A DNA stretch of 64,000 nucleotides from an uncultured Candidatus Saccharibacteria bacterium (GTDB taxonomy: Bacteria; Patescibacteriota; Saccharimonadia; Saccharimonadales; JAGQNJ01). The stretch is taken from contig CAZRSX010000002.1 in the NCBI GenBank assembly GCA_964602865.1, positions 46,872-110,871 of the forward strand, written 5' to 3'. This document shows, one piece after another, positions 40,800 through 49,588 of the stretch (its first letter is position 1; every line of letters starts with the position of its first letter). Below the pieces are notes generated by a model. It saw only the letters and a program-made list of their open reading frames with translations, was not told where the DNA came from and did not search any database. A program made the position numbers and the translations under genes.

Positions 40800-41846
40800 T
40801 TATACATAGCGTCCGAGCACAAAAACCATCAGCCCGACGACACTAGCAACTTGGCCGAGTACCCAAAAACGCATGGTGACTTTTGCTTCAGGCCAACCGC
40901 TTGCCTCAAAATGATGATGGAGCGGCGAAACTTTGAATATTTTTTTGCCACCGCGCAGTTTTTTGGAAGCAATCTGCAGAATGACTGATCCTGTCTCGGC
41001 TACGAACACAATGCCGATGATTGGCAGTAGTAGCACGGTATCGGTAATCATGGCCACCACGCCGAGCGCCGTCCCGAGTGCAAATGACCCGACGTCACCC
41101 ATAAAAAAACGCGCTGGGAAAATGTTAAACCAAGTGTACGATAACAACGCTCCGACTACTGTCAAACAAAAGCCTGCTACTCCGTAGCGCTGTTCAATAA
41201 AGGCTATAACGGCGTAGGTTGCGAATGCGATTGCTGCCAACCCGCCGGCAAGGCCATCGAGCCCGTCAGTAATATTGACTGCGTTAGCGGTCGCTACAAC
41301 CACAAATATAAACAGTGGGATAATCAACCAGCCAATCGAAAGCTGTCCGTACAGCGGGATGTGTATGCTGGTAACATCAAGTTTGGCAAAAAAGTACCAG
41401 CCGCCGACAGTGGCGACTGCGAGCATGAGTAGTAGCTTGAGCTTCGATGGCAGGCCGGCCACGCCTTTGCCCACACCACGTATGTTGATAATATCATCGA
41501 TAAGCCCCACGCTTGCGGCACCAACAAAGGCTGCCAAGGGCAACCACGTCTGCGAACGATCTAGATTCATCAGCACGGTAATCAGCGTCACCGACAGAAC
41601 GAATATCAGTCCGGCCATCGTCGGTATATGCCGCTCGTGCTTCTTAGCGTGCAGGCTCGTAAAAACTTTTGCCGTTTCGCCCGTCAGCGCTGTGGTGCGC
41701 GGTTTTTTCCACCACTGCCCTTTGTAGGCCAGCGAGGTATAAATCGGCGTCACCAGCATACTGAGCAAAAACCCTAAAAACCCTAACAGCAATATTCTGG
41801 TCAATGTGTCGCCCTGGATTGTCAGTTGCAGTGTTTGTGTTATCAT
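40800..41846 (-). CDS. mraY: phospho-N-acetylmuramoyl-pentapeptide transferase
   Basis: MraY TM architecture, NAVNITDGLDGLAGG, SPLHHHFE. Confidence 0.9.
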   Translation of the reverse strand: MITQTLQLTIQGDTLTRILLLGFLGFLLSMLVTPIYTSLAYKGQWWKKPRTTALTGETAKVFTSLHAKKHERHIPTMAGLIFVLSVTLITVLMNLDRSQTWLPLAAFVGAASVGLIDDIINIRGVGKGVAGLPSKLKLLLMLAVATVGGWYFFAKLDVTSIHIPLYGQLSIGWLIIPLFIFVVVATANAVNITDGLDGLAGGLAAIAFATYAVIAFIEQRYGVAGFCLTVVGALLSYTWFNIFPARFFMGDVGSFALGTALGVVAMITDTVLLLPIIGIVFVAETGSVILQIASKKLRGGKKIFKVSPLHHHFEASGWPEAKVTMRFWVLGQVASVVGLMVFVLGRYV

Positions 41847-41873
41847 TTGGTTTTCTCTTTAATATAGTATAGC

Positions 41874-43640
41874 TTACTTTGTCTTTGGAAGCACATTAAA
41901 ATTATCCAACAGCATGTTGGTCAGATCGGCAAAAATCGGTCCAGCCGCTCGAGAGCCTGCATAACCAGGCACCTTTGGCTCATCGGTACGAACCACAATC
42001 ACATAGTGCGGCCTGTCGCCGCCGACAAAGCCAGTGAACGTACCGTCGAATTTGTCGGCGTAATAGCCGCCGGCTGGGTTAGCAATTTGGGCCGTGCCAC
42101 TTTTGCCGCCGATGCTGTAATTGGGACGCAAACTCGTAAAACTGTAAGCGCGGTAGTTGCGCGTCACAACACCTTCCATCATAACTCTCACGTCGTGGCT
42201 GACAGAATCTTTGACCACGTTATCTGAAAGAATGTCTGGTTGGACCGTTGTCTCATTACCATCAGCGTCAATATATTTATCAACCAACCGTGGCCGATAG
42301 TACGTGCCGCCATTGATAACCGCTGCGTCAGCCGCTGCCATCTGGATCGGTGTCGTCAGCATACCCTGACCGAAAGCTGTGTTTGCAAAGGTTATGTTCA
42401 GACCATAGCCCTCTTTTGGATCTGGCACTGTTCCATTGGACTCAAAACCCTGCTCGATGCCAGTTTGCTTACCAAACCGATAGCGGTTCACCATGTAGTC
42501 ATGCCAGCGCGTGCGAGCCTGTTCGTTGATAGTACCCCCACCCATTTGCATGAGCAGCCATGTTGCACCGGTGTTGAGCGACTGCTCTAAAATATCAGGC
42601 ACCCTTCGCGTGCCGCTGCCGGCAACTTCCTCGACATTGCTCACCGTCGCATCATCGACCTTAAAAAAGCCTGGGTCAAAGTAGCTGGTATTTTTTGTAA
42701 CAGCACCTTGATCAAGCGCGGCTGCTACCGTGAGCGGCTTCATGACAGAACCGACTTCTAAGGGATCGGTGACGTTGGTATTATTAAAGACACGTGCATC
42801 TTTTTGCTTGAAAAACTCCCCAGGATTGTATGTCGGATAGCTGGCCATGGCTTTGATAGCACCGGTGTTGGCCTCCATAATAAGTGCGCTGCCGGATTTT
42901 GCCTGGGCACGCGCCAGACCTTTTTTGAGTATGTCTTCCAGTTGACGCTGCATCCCAATATCAACCGTCAACACGACCCGCTGGCCCTCTTCGGGCTCGG
43001 TCATAACATTGTCCTCGTTGGCAACCAAGGGTACGCCTTTGGCGTCAGTTATCGCTTTGAGCTGACCCGGCTTGCCCTTCAACTGTTCATTGAGCGCCTG
43101 TTCTAATCCGTAGGTTCCGACGCCTTCGTCATTCACAAACCCCAAAATGTGCGCCGCAAGCGAGCCTTGCGGATAAGTCCGATACTGTATTGCTCGTGTA
43201 CCGATGCCTTTCAGCTCAAGAGCGTCGATCTGTGCTGCTTGCTCTTTTGATAACTTCTTCGCCAGTACGGCATAGCGAGTCTCTTCACGCATCGCCGCCT
43301 CGTAATCGCTCGCGTTGCCGCCGATTATCTGCTGGACTTGTTGGCTGGCTTTGGCAACATCCTCAACATATACCGGATCGGCAAATACTGTATATTTTGG
43401 CTCGTTCAATACAATCGGTACGATAGAGTCTCCGTTATGCGCCTCAATAATGCCGCGCGTCGGCGGTATTTCGTACTCTTTGAATTGGCCTTGCAGCGCG
43501 GCTGATTTGTAGTGCCCGTGCTGGATAACCTGGAGATAGAAAAGCCGCACCAGAAATAAGCCGCAAATAATTACTAGCGCGATATACCAAAATTTGGTAC
43601 GCGCCTGAACATTTGGTGCGGGTGGAGCTTGTGGAAGCAT
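41874..43640 (-). CDS. ftsI: class B penicillin-binding protein (FtsI-type transpeptidase)
   Basis: N-terminal TM, SxxK (GSVMKP), KSGT motif. Confidence 0.85.
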   Translation of the reverse strand: MLPQAPPAPNVQARTKFWYIALVIICGLFLVRLFYLQVIQHGHYKSAALQGQFKEYEIPPTRGIIEAHNGDSIVPIVLNEPKYTVFADPVYVEDVAKASQQVQQIIGGNASDYEAAMREETRYAVLAKKLSKEQAAQIDALELKGIGTRAIQYRTYPQGSLAAHILGFVNDEGVGTYGLEQALNEQLKGKPGQLKAITDAKGVPLVANEDNVMTEPEEGQRVVLTVDIGMQRQLEDILKKGLARAQAKSGSALIMEANTGAIKAMASYPTYNPGEFFKQKDARVFNNTNVTDPLEVGSVMKPLTVAAALDQGAVTKNTSYFDPGFFKVDDATVSNVEEVAGSGTRRVPDILEQSLNTGATWLLMQMGGGTINEQARTRWHDYMVNRYRFGKQTGIEQGFESNGTVPDPKEGYGLNITFANTAFGQGMLTTPIQMAAADAAVINGGTYYRPRLVDKYIDADGNETTVQPDILSDNVVKDSVSHDVRVMMEGVVTRNYRAYSFTSLRPNYSIGGKSGTAQIANPAGGYYADKFDGTFTGFVGGDRPHYVIVVRTDEPKVPGYAGSRAAGPIFADLTNMLLDNFNVLPKTK

Positions 43641-43671
43641 AAGGATATTGTTTGGTGTAAGCTGTCTTTGA

Positions 43672-44019
43672 TTAGTTTGCTATCGTTGCAGCTGGTGCAA
43701 CAGTGACAAGGCTTTTTGCTGGCTCGCTATTCTTAACACGGTCGAGTGCCTGCAGGCGCGCCGAAGCCACTTCCAGCTCGCTGTGCTCCGCCTTCAGCTC
43801 GCTCTGGCGTTGCGTCAGTTCATTGATAGCGTAGCCGTGTGCGTTCGTTTTTGTCACTTGCGCCAGATAAAACAACCCGAGCAAGCACGCTAACACGATC
43901 AACACAATGGTATTGCTAATCGGGCCGATCCCCTTCTTTTCGGAGCGGAAGCTGGTGGTGTTTTGGTTGCGAGTACCGAATCTTGATCGACTCAGACTCA
44001 TCGAACTTGAGTATGTCAT
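43672..44019 (-). CDS. ftsL: FtsL-like septum-formation protein (TM plus coiled coil)
   Basis: TM IVLIVLACLLGLFYL then coiled coil LTQRQSELKAEHSELEVASARLQ; ATG 44019 preferred over 44091. Confidence 0.5.
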   Translation of the reverse strand: MTYSSSMSLSRSRFGTRNQNTTSFRSEKKGIGPISNTIVLIVLACLLGLFYLAQVTKTNAHGYAINELTQRQSELKAEHSELEVASARLQALDRVKNSEPAKSLVTVAPAATIAN

Positions 44020-44169
44020 ATGTGTTTTTGTTTCCTGTCGTTTTTCTGTTTTTATTTTTGTTTTGATGCGGGCAAGTTGCCCTGCCCGCATCAGCTCGCT
44101 CGCCGGTCTATCTGACTCGGACGCGAACCTTATATGTTCGGGAGCTGCTCTGTACCTTGATAGGCATAT

Positions 44170-45072
44170 TCAGACGCTCCTTTCTTTGTTGTTTATTTTG
44201 GCTGCGACCCGAAGTTTTGCACTTCGAGACCGCGGATTGAAAACTATTTCTTGCGCCTCGGGACCAACTGCTTTTTTGGTCACCAGTTTCAGTTCGGCAT
44301 CATAGTGATCGCCAGCGTGTTCTTTAAAGAACGCTTTGACGATACGATCTTCCAGACTATGGAACGTTATGATACCGAGCCTTCCACCAGGATTGAGTAG
44401 CCTCACCCATAACGGCAACGCTGTACGCAGCACGTCAAGCTCACCATTCACAGCGATACGGATCGCCTGAAATGTCTTGGTCGCCGGATGTACTTTGCCG
44501 TGCTTACCAGGGTTCGCTCGAGCGACAACTGCCGCCAGTTGATCGGTGGCTTCTATCGGGCGGTGCTCGATGATAGCATCGACAATCTTCGGAGCTTTAT
44601 ACTCGTCGCCGTACTCACGGAGTATTCTGACAAGATCTTCCCTGCTCCACGTGTTCACCACGTCCGCAGCAGTCAGCTCAGCCGATTGATCCATCCGCAT
44701 ATCAAGCGGTCCCGGATTCTTGATAGAAAATCCTCGGGTAGCATTGTCAAGGTGCATGGACGAAACGCCCAAGTCCGCCAAGATAATGTCAAATCTGCTG
44801 CCTCGCCGGATGAGTTCTTGAGCAGCGTCGGCAAAATTATTGTGCATAATTTCAACCGCGCGGCCACCGAAGACATCTTTCAGTGCAGCAATAGCTTGCT
44901 CGTCTTGGTCGACCAGCACGCTGCCACTATCTTGTGAGGTGCGTTCCAGTATTGCGCCCGCGTGCCCTCCGTAACCTGCGGTCGCGTCCAGATAGGTATT
45001 ACCTTTCTGAGGCGTCAGGTGTGCAAGGACTGCGTCAAGCAAAACCGGAATGTGCGTTGGGGTTTGTCCCAT
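44170..45072 (-). CDS. rsmH: 16S rRNA m4C1402 methyltransferase RsmH
   Basis: HIPVLLDAVL...YLDATAGYGGH. Confidence 0.9.
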   Translation of the reverse strand: MGQTPTHIPVLLDAVLAHLTPQKGNTYLDATAGYGGHAGAILERTSQDSGSVLVDQDEQAIAALKDVFGGRAVEIMHNNFADAAQELIRRGSRFDIILADLGVSSMHLDNATRGFSIKNPGPLDMRMDQSAELTAADVVNTWSREDLVRILREYGDEYKAPKIVDAIIEHRPIEATDQLAAVVARANPGKHGKVHPATKTFQAIRIAVNGELDVLRTALPLWVRLLNPGGRLGIITFHSLEDRIVKAFFKEHAGDHYDAELKLVTKKAVGPEAQEIVFNPRSRSAKLRVAAKINNKERSV

Positions 45073-45606
45073 AATGTTTTTGTTTCTTGCCCCTCATCAT
45101 TTCTGCTTTCTCGTAGTTTGCAATCAGATTACGAGAAAGAATGAAATGGTGTGCGGGTGGTGATCTTTGTTTTTTGTTTGTTCTGAGGTCACCTAATTAG
45201 CAGCCAACTTTTTGTTTTTTGGTGTTTTTGTTTTTGTTTATCCTCCATAGCTTTTTACGCAACGGAGGGTTTGGTTTTAAATAGTCGATATGCAGGAAGT
45301 ATAAGAGATTTTGTAAGTAAAATCTTGCCCTATTGTACTTCTCGCTGACTATTCAAAATTGAGAGACTTTGTGTGAGGTGGAGTTTTGGGAGGTGTTTTC
45401 CTATAAGGTGCGAGGGTTTTTCAAGTGGTTGATACCCCATAGCCACATGTTGACTGCCAAATAACTGACCCTAAATTATGTACCGCGTCCGAACTGCTTT
45501 CTAGCGAAGCCAGAAACCCTTCGACGCTCTCGGCATATTTGCTCGAGTACAAAATTTAGCTGTTGTTTTGGCAAAATACCAAGTTGTTAATGTGCCAATT
45601 GCCGCT

Positions 45607-45957
45607 CTAGGCGGCGCTCAGACGCCAATACTTCCCTGCCCGGACTGCAACGACATCGCGTGTGATGCCAGCGTAATCCAGCAGATGCTGCTCGAGAGTA
45701 AACCGCCCCTGCTTCTGATCCAGCGCAGCTTCGGTCTTCCCCATGCGGAACTGAACGTTCAGATCAGCCGTTGCTTCGTCGAGAATATTCCCTGCAAGCT
45801 TCGGCTCAACGATCTCGTTCCATACCGACGCCGGGTATACGTGCAGATATTGTTTGAATCCGCGCGTGACGACTACTCCGCTTGCAAACTCAGCGCGAAG
45901 CTCGGTTGGTATTGTCAACCGTCGCTTATCATCAAGTTTTCGCTGAAAGTAGTCCAC
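45607..45957 (-). CDS. mraZ: transcriptional regulator MraZ (short form)
   Basis: two DxxxR motifs DDKRRLTIP and DQKQGRFTL; GTG start. Confidence 0.7.
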   Translation of the reverse strand: MDYFQRKLDDKRRLTIPTELRAEFASGVVVTRGFKQYLHVYPASVWNEIVEPKLAGNILDEATADLNVQFRMGKTEAALDQKQGRFTLEQHLLDYAGITRDVVAVRAGKYWRLSAA

Positions 45958-46057
45958 CGTGCCGTAGGGCCTCGTTAGTTGTTATTGGTTCTTGTGGTTT
46001 TTGTTTTCCTTGCAAAGGATTTTGTTTTGAAATCATTTGCTTGGTGTTATGGGTGGG

Positions 46058-46106
46058 TTACCCACAGCTACCCACTGACATCAGTCTACTACCCACAGCT
46101 ACCCAC
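46058..46106 (-). promoter_or_regulatory. MraZ-type operator of four GTGGG repeats with 10-bp phasing
   Basis: minus strand reads GTGGGTAGCTGTGGGTAGTAGACTGATGTCAGTGGGTAGCTGTGGGTAACC; about 100 bp upstream of mraZ. Confidence 0.5.
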
Positions 46107-46165
46107 ATGCAAGCGTTTTTATCGGTATTTTTCTTACTTTTCCACAGTTTTGACAAAAATAAAAA

Positions 46166-46194
46166 CACCGACTCTACATGTAGTGTGTCGGTGC
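46166..46194 (-). terminator. rho-independent terminator after LysM gene
   Basis: caccgac...gtcggtg stem with palindromic ctacatgtag, followed on minus strand by TTTTTATTTTTGTC. Confidence 0.5.
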
Positions 46195-46215
46195 TTGTGG
46201 ATAACGCTAGACAAG

Positions 46216-46656
46216 TTATTCTTGGTCTGCTTGGTCAAGAGGACCCGGGATTGTGACTGTTGCGCCTGGCCGCATGCCCTCTTCGCCAACTTGCCGCTGA
46301 ATATCATCGACAAGTGGACGCATATCCCCTGTTTGCGAAGAGCTTCTCGCTACATCCCAGGCCGTATCGCCCGGTTGGATTTTATATGGCACGGTATCTT
46401 CGCTATCAACACCTCCGGTATTGCCAGCTATAGTAAGTGTCAGTGCCGAAGCAGCGACCGCCGCCAAAAACCTTTTCTGCCCACGGGTCAGTGACCTGCG
46501 ATGCTCGCCAGCGCTTAGACTTCGACCGACCGCCTCATGATCTTGAGCTTGTTTGGCAAGTTTCTTGACTGTGTGACCAGGATCAAGTAAGTCGGTGCTG
46601 CCGATTGGTCCGTGTTTATCTTCTGCAAAAAAATTGTTTGGTGTTGTTGTGATCAT
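46216..46656 (-). CDS. LysM domain protein
   Basis: YKIQPGDTAWDVARS LysM signature; TM segment. Confidence 0.7.
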   Translation of the reverse strand: MITTTPNNFFAEDKHGPIGSTDLLDPGHTVKKLAKQAQDHEAVGRSLSAGEHRRSLTRGQKRFLAAVAASALTLTIAGNTGGVDSEDTVPYKIQPGDTAWDVARSSSQTGDMRPLVDDIQRQVGEEGMRPGATVTIPGPLDQADQE

Positions 46657-46742
46657 GCTTTCATATTAGCATAAGTTTAATAATAAGTCAACTATATTGC
46701 TTGGGTTTAACATCCACGCCTCTGTTATAGAAATAGTTTTTC

Positions 46743-48005
46743 TTAGCTGTGGTGTTTTTCTTTTATTGCCCGAGCGAACCATTTCGCACTGGGGCGGATC
46801 GTCCGTTTCATGCCGTTTTTACGGTCCACCGCAACCAGCCCGAACTTCGGCCACCACCCATAGGCCCATTCAAAATTATCCAGTAAGCTCCAGTGGAAAT
46901 AACCAATCAACTTGACGCCTTCGCTCAGGGCCTTTTCCATCGCCACCATGGTTTCCTCGAGCCACCATTGCCGATACTGGTCATCGGCGTCAGCCACGCC
47001 GTTTTCGGTGACGATAATCGGTTTTTTGTAATGTGCCCAGGTCCGCAGCAACAGCGGATACAGCCCCTCTGGCTCCATGTACCAGCCCAGGTCATTCACC
47101 GGTACGCGCGGGTTATCACGGCGGAAATTATGGTAATAATCGGTAAAGTAATAGTTAAAGCCGACGAAGTCTTGTTTGCGTCGAATGCGATTGAGGAACC
47201 ACCAGTTCCAGCCATAGCGCATAATTTTTGTCGTTAGCTGGTCGATGAAGCTATGGGGGCGCTTGGCTTGGATATTGGCAAGTTGCGCTGCAACCCCGAT
47301 CATCAGGCTTGGTTTTTTCTTTTTGAGTATTTTGTAGGCTCGTCGGTGCGCAATTGCCAAATGCCAGTACTGGAACAGCGCATTGAACCAGTTTTTTTCC
47401 TGCGGCGGCCACTGGCCGATGATGTAGCTGTTCGACACAAAGACGTTCGGTTCGTTGAGCGTGATGATGTAATTAAGATCTTCGGTAAACTCGTCGGCGA
47501 TTTTTTGCACAAAACGTAAGAAATATTTGATGTTCTCGCGTTTTTTGAAACCGCCTTTTTCATCAAACCATACCGGTACGGTCCAGTGCCAAATATTCAA
47601 GATCGGCTCAATGCCACGACTGCGCATGGCACTCATATAGTTACGGTAGTGTTCAATTTCTTTTTCGTCCCACTTCCCTTCAACTGGCTCAATGCGCGAC
47701 CACTCGACGCCAAAACGCAGCGCATTGAGGTTAATTTTTTTGGCAGTATCAAAATCTTCCTCGTAGCGCTTGTAGTGTTCGACGCCTCGGCCTGAGACAT
47801 AGTTGTCTGGTTTTTCGGCCTGTGATTTTATGTTGTCCCAGCCGGGCAACCAGCTCAGTCGTTGGTGGGCAGTCTGGGCTTGTTCTTTGGCAACGGTCAG
47901 CTCCCACACCGACCACTGGTTATGCGTGCCGCCTTCAACCTGGTGCGACGCCGTGCTGGCACCCCAAAAAAAGTTCGGCGGAAATTCGCTTTTGTATTTA
48001 TCCAT
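46743..48005 (-). CDS. glycoside hydrolase family 1 beta-glucosidase
   Basis: catalytic LNEPNV and ITENG motifs; 420 aa. Confidence 0.85.
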   Translation of the reverse strand: MDKYKSEFPPNFFWGASTASHQVEGGTHNQWSVWELTVAKEQAQTAHQRLSWLPGWDNIKSQAEKPDNYVSGRGVEHYKRYEEDFDTAKKINLNALRFGVEWSRIEPVEGKWDEKEIEHYRNYMSAMRSRGIEPILNIWHWTVPVWFDEKGGFKKRENIKYFLRFVQKIADEFTEDLNYIITLNEPNVFVSNSYIIGQWPPQEKNWFNALFQYWHLAIAHRRAYKILKKKKPSLMIGVAAQLANIQAKRPHSFIDQLTTKIMRYGWNWWFLNRIRRKQDFVGFNYYFTDYYHNFRRDNPRVPVNDLGWYMEPEGLYPLLLRTWAHYKKPIIVTENGVADADDQYRQWWLEETMVAMEKALSEGVKLIGYFHWSLLDNFEWAYGWWPKFGLVAVDRKNGMKRTIRPSAKWFARAIKEKHHS

Positions 48006-48105
48006 CCCGTTAGAATTCTCCCATTGAGATGGTGTTGTGGTTATATGATATGTTCATTGAGGTGTCCTTCATATGAATTCGTACGGGATCCATAGTATTA
48101 CTGTA

Positions 48106-48837
48106 CTACATTCTGCTTGCGTTTACTCTTGGCATGTTCATGTAATGCGTCTTGTCGCCGGGATGCAAGCGCTCCAAACTATATCGCAGCATGGTTCGCG
48201 GCATAGTCCCGGCGTGCCTGTCCAGAAAACGTTTCAGCCCGGCTTCGTCCTTTTTGCCGGCTTCGCGCAGCATCCAACCAACCGCTTTATGAATCAGGTC
48301 ATGAGTATCATTCAGCAGCATCTCGGCGATTTTCCAGGTTTCAGTAACCTGCCCTTCCCGTATAAATTGCCAGGTACTGACAATCGCAATCCGCCGCTCC
48401 CATAGGTCGGCCGACCGTGCCAGCTTATAGAGCGGCTCTTTTGATTTGTCCATCAGATATCGTCCGACGATATCGCGGCAGCTGGCGTCGACCAGGTCCC
48501 AGTTGTTGATTCGGTCTGTTCGTCTGAGGTACAAATCATAGAGTTTCTTGAGTTCGGCTTCATCGGCTTTTTTGGCCTGGTTCACCATGATAACCAGCCC
48601 TGCCAAACGATGTTCGTGAATGGGGCTTTCCAGTAGCTTTTCTAGCTCATCCAGTGACAGACTCGTATACGACTGGGCGATTTTTCGTGTTACTGGCACG
48701 CGCAACCCGATAAATATATCGCCTTTGGCATAGCCGCCGTCGTAGGTTTTGAAAAACCGCTGCAAAAACTCAGCATCGCTCGGATTGCCTAAGCGGTCCA
48801 GCTCCGTCATGAGTTGCTTCGCGTTCACGACGCTCAC
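48106..48837 (-). CDS. DNA alkylation repair protein (AlkD/AlkC-like HEAT repeat)
   Basis: GNPSDAEFLQRFFKTYDGGYAKGDIFIGLRVP. Confidence 0.75.
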   Translation of the reverse strand: MSVVNAKQLMTELDRLGNPSDAEFLQRFFKTYDGGYAKGDIFIGLRVPVTRKIAQSYTSLSLDELEKLLESPIHEHRLAGLVIMVNQAKKADEAELKKLYDLYLRRTDRINNWDLVDASCRDIVGRYLMDKSKEPLYKLARSADLWERRIAIVSTWQFIREGQVTETWKIAEMLLNDTHDLIHKAVGWMLREAGKKDEAGLKRFLDRHAGTMPRTMLRYSLERLHPGDKTHYMNMPRVNASRM

Positions 48838-49446
48838 CTACCGGCGCGTTCTGTAGCTGAGCCGGTGTTTTTGCTGATCCAGCCGTACCACGAATTCTTT
48901 ATAGCGGTTGAACATGTTCGAGAAGTGCGAGTTCGGCACCAGTACCTTGCCCAGTTTGTGTTGCTCGTGCAGATACTCCAGCAGGCAGTAGAAATCGCCA
49001 TCACCCGAAACAACAATCGCTTGCTGGTAGTTCTGGAACTCTTTCATTGCCCACAGCACAAGCTCGGCATCAATGTTGCCTTTGACCGGTTTTTTGTCGT
49101 GGTCGTCAGGCTTGTCAGGTGTAACTGGCCTGGTCAAATCTTGTGTCGGCTTAAGCACGACCAAGTAGCCAAAGTCGTGGAGCTGGCGATACATGTCTTC
49201 AAATTCCGGTATGTAACCAACGAATAAAAAGGCCTTGGTGACCCCGTACTCTTGCTGTAAGTATTGGTAGAACTTTTTCCAGTCGAGTTTGAAGCCAACT
49301 TTCTGTGTACCAAGGTTGAGGTTTTGGCTATCAATAAACGCGTATATTTCCTGTTTCTTTTTGCGGTTTCGTCTTCGTATCATGGTCGTATTATAACCTG
49401 AGTTCGACATAAGCAACCCATGTAAAATACAGAATTTTATCTGCAC
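48838..49446 (-). CDS. NYN (LabA-like) domain protein, predicted nuclease
   Basis: IYAFIDSQNL...AIVVSGDGDF; abuts AlkD-like gene. Confidence 0.7.
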   Translation of the reverse strand: MQIKFCILHGLLMSNSGYNTTMIRRRNRKKKQEIYAFIDSQNLNLGTQKVGFKLDWKKFYQYLQQEYGVTKAFLFVGYIPEFEDMYRQLHDFGYLVVLKPTQDLTRPVTPDKPDDHDKKPVKGNIDAELVLWAMKEFQNYQQAIVVSGDGDFYCLLEYLHEQHKLGKVLVPNSHFSNMFNRYKEFVVRLDQQKHRLSYRTRR

Positions 49447-49588
49447 ACCTCACCCCTTTGTCACTTTTTCCGTAGCTACAGCTACGAAAAAAGCACCAAA
49501 GAGACAATCTGTATCAGCTAAAATTCTATTTTCAGGTGTTGTTATACCGGACTCAGGTTATAGCAGCCTCGGTTCTTGTCACAGATTG

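Noticed and set aside
45568-45978. Plus-strand ORF of 136 aa
   Set aside because: It is entirely antisense to mraZ, which has the conserved DxxxR motifs. It is a shadow ORF.
46197-46205. Isolated perfect DnaA box TGTGGATAA upstream of the mraZ operator
   Set aside because: It is a single site without an AT-rich unwinding element or box cluster and is probably a chance occurrence. It is mentioned only as context.
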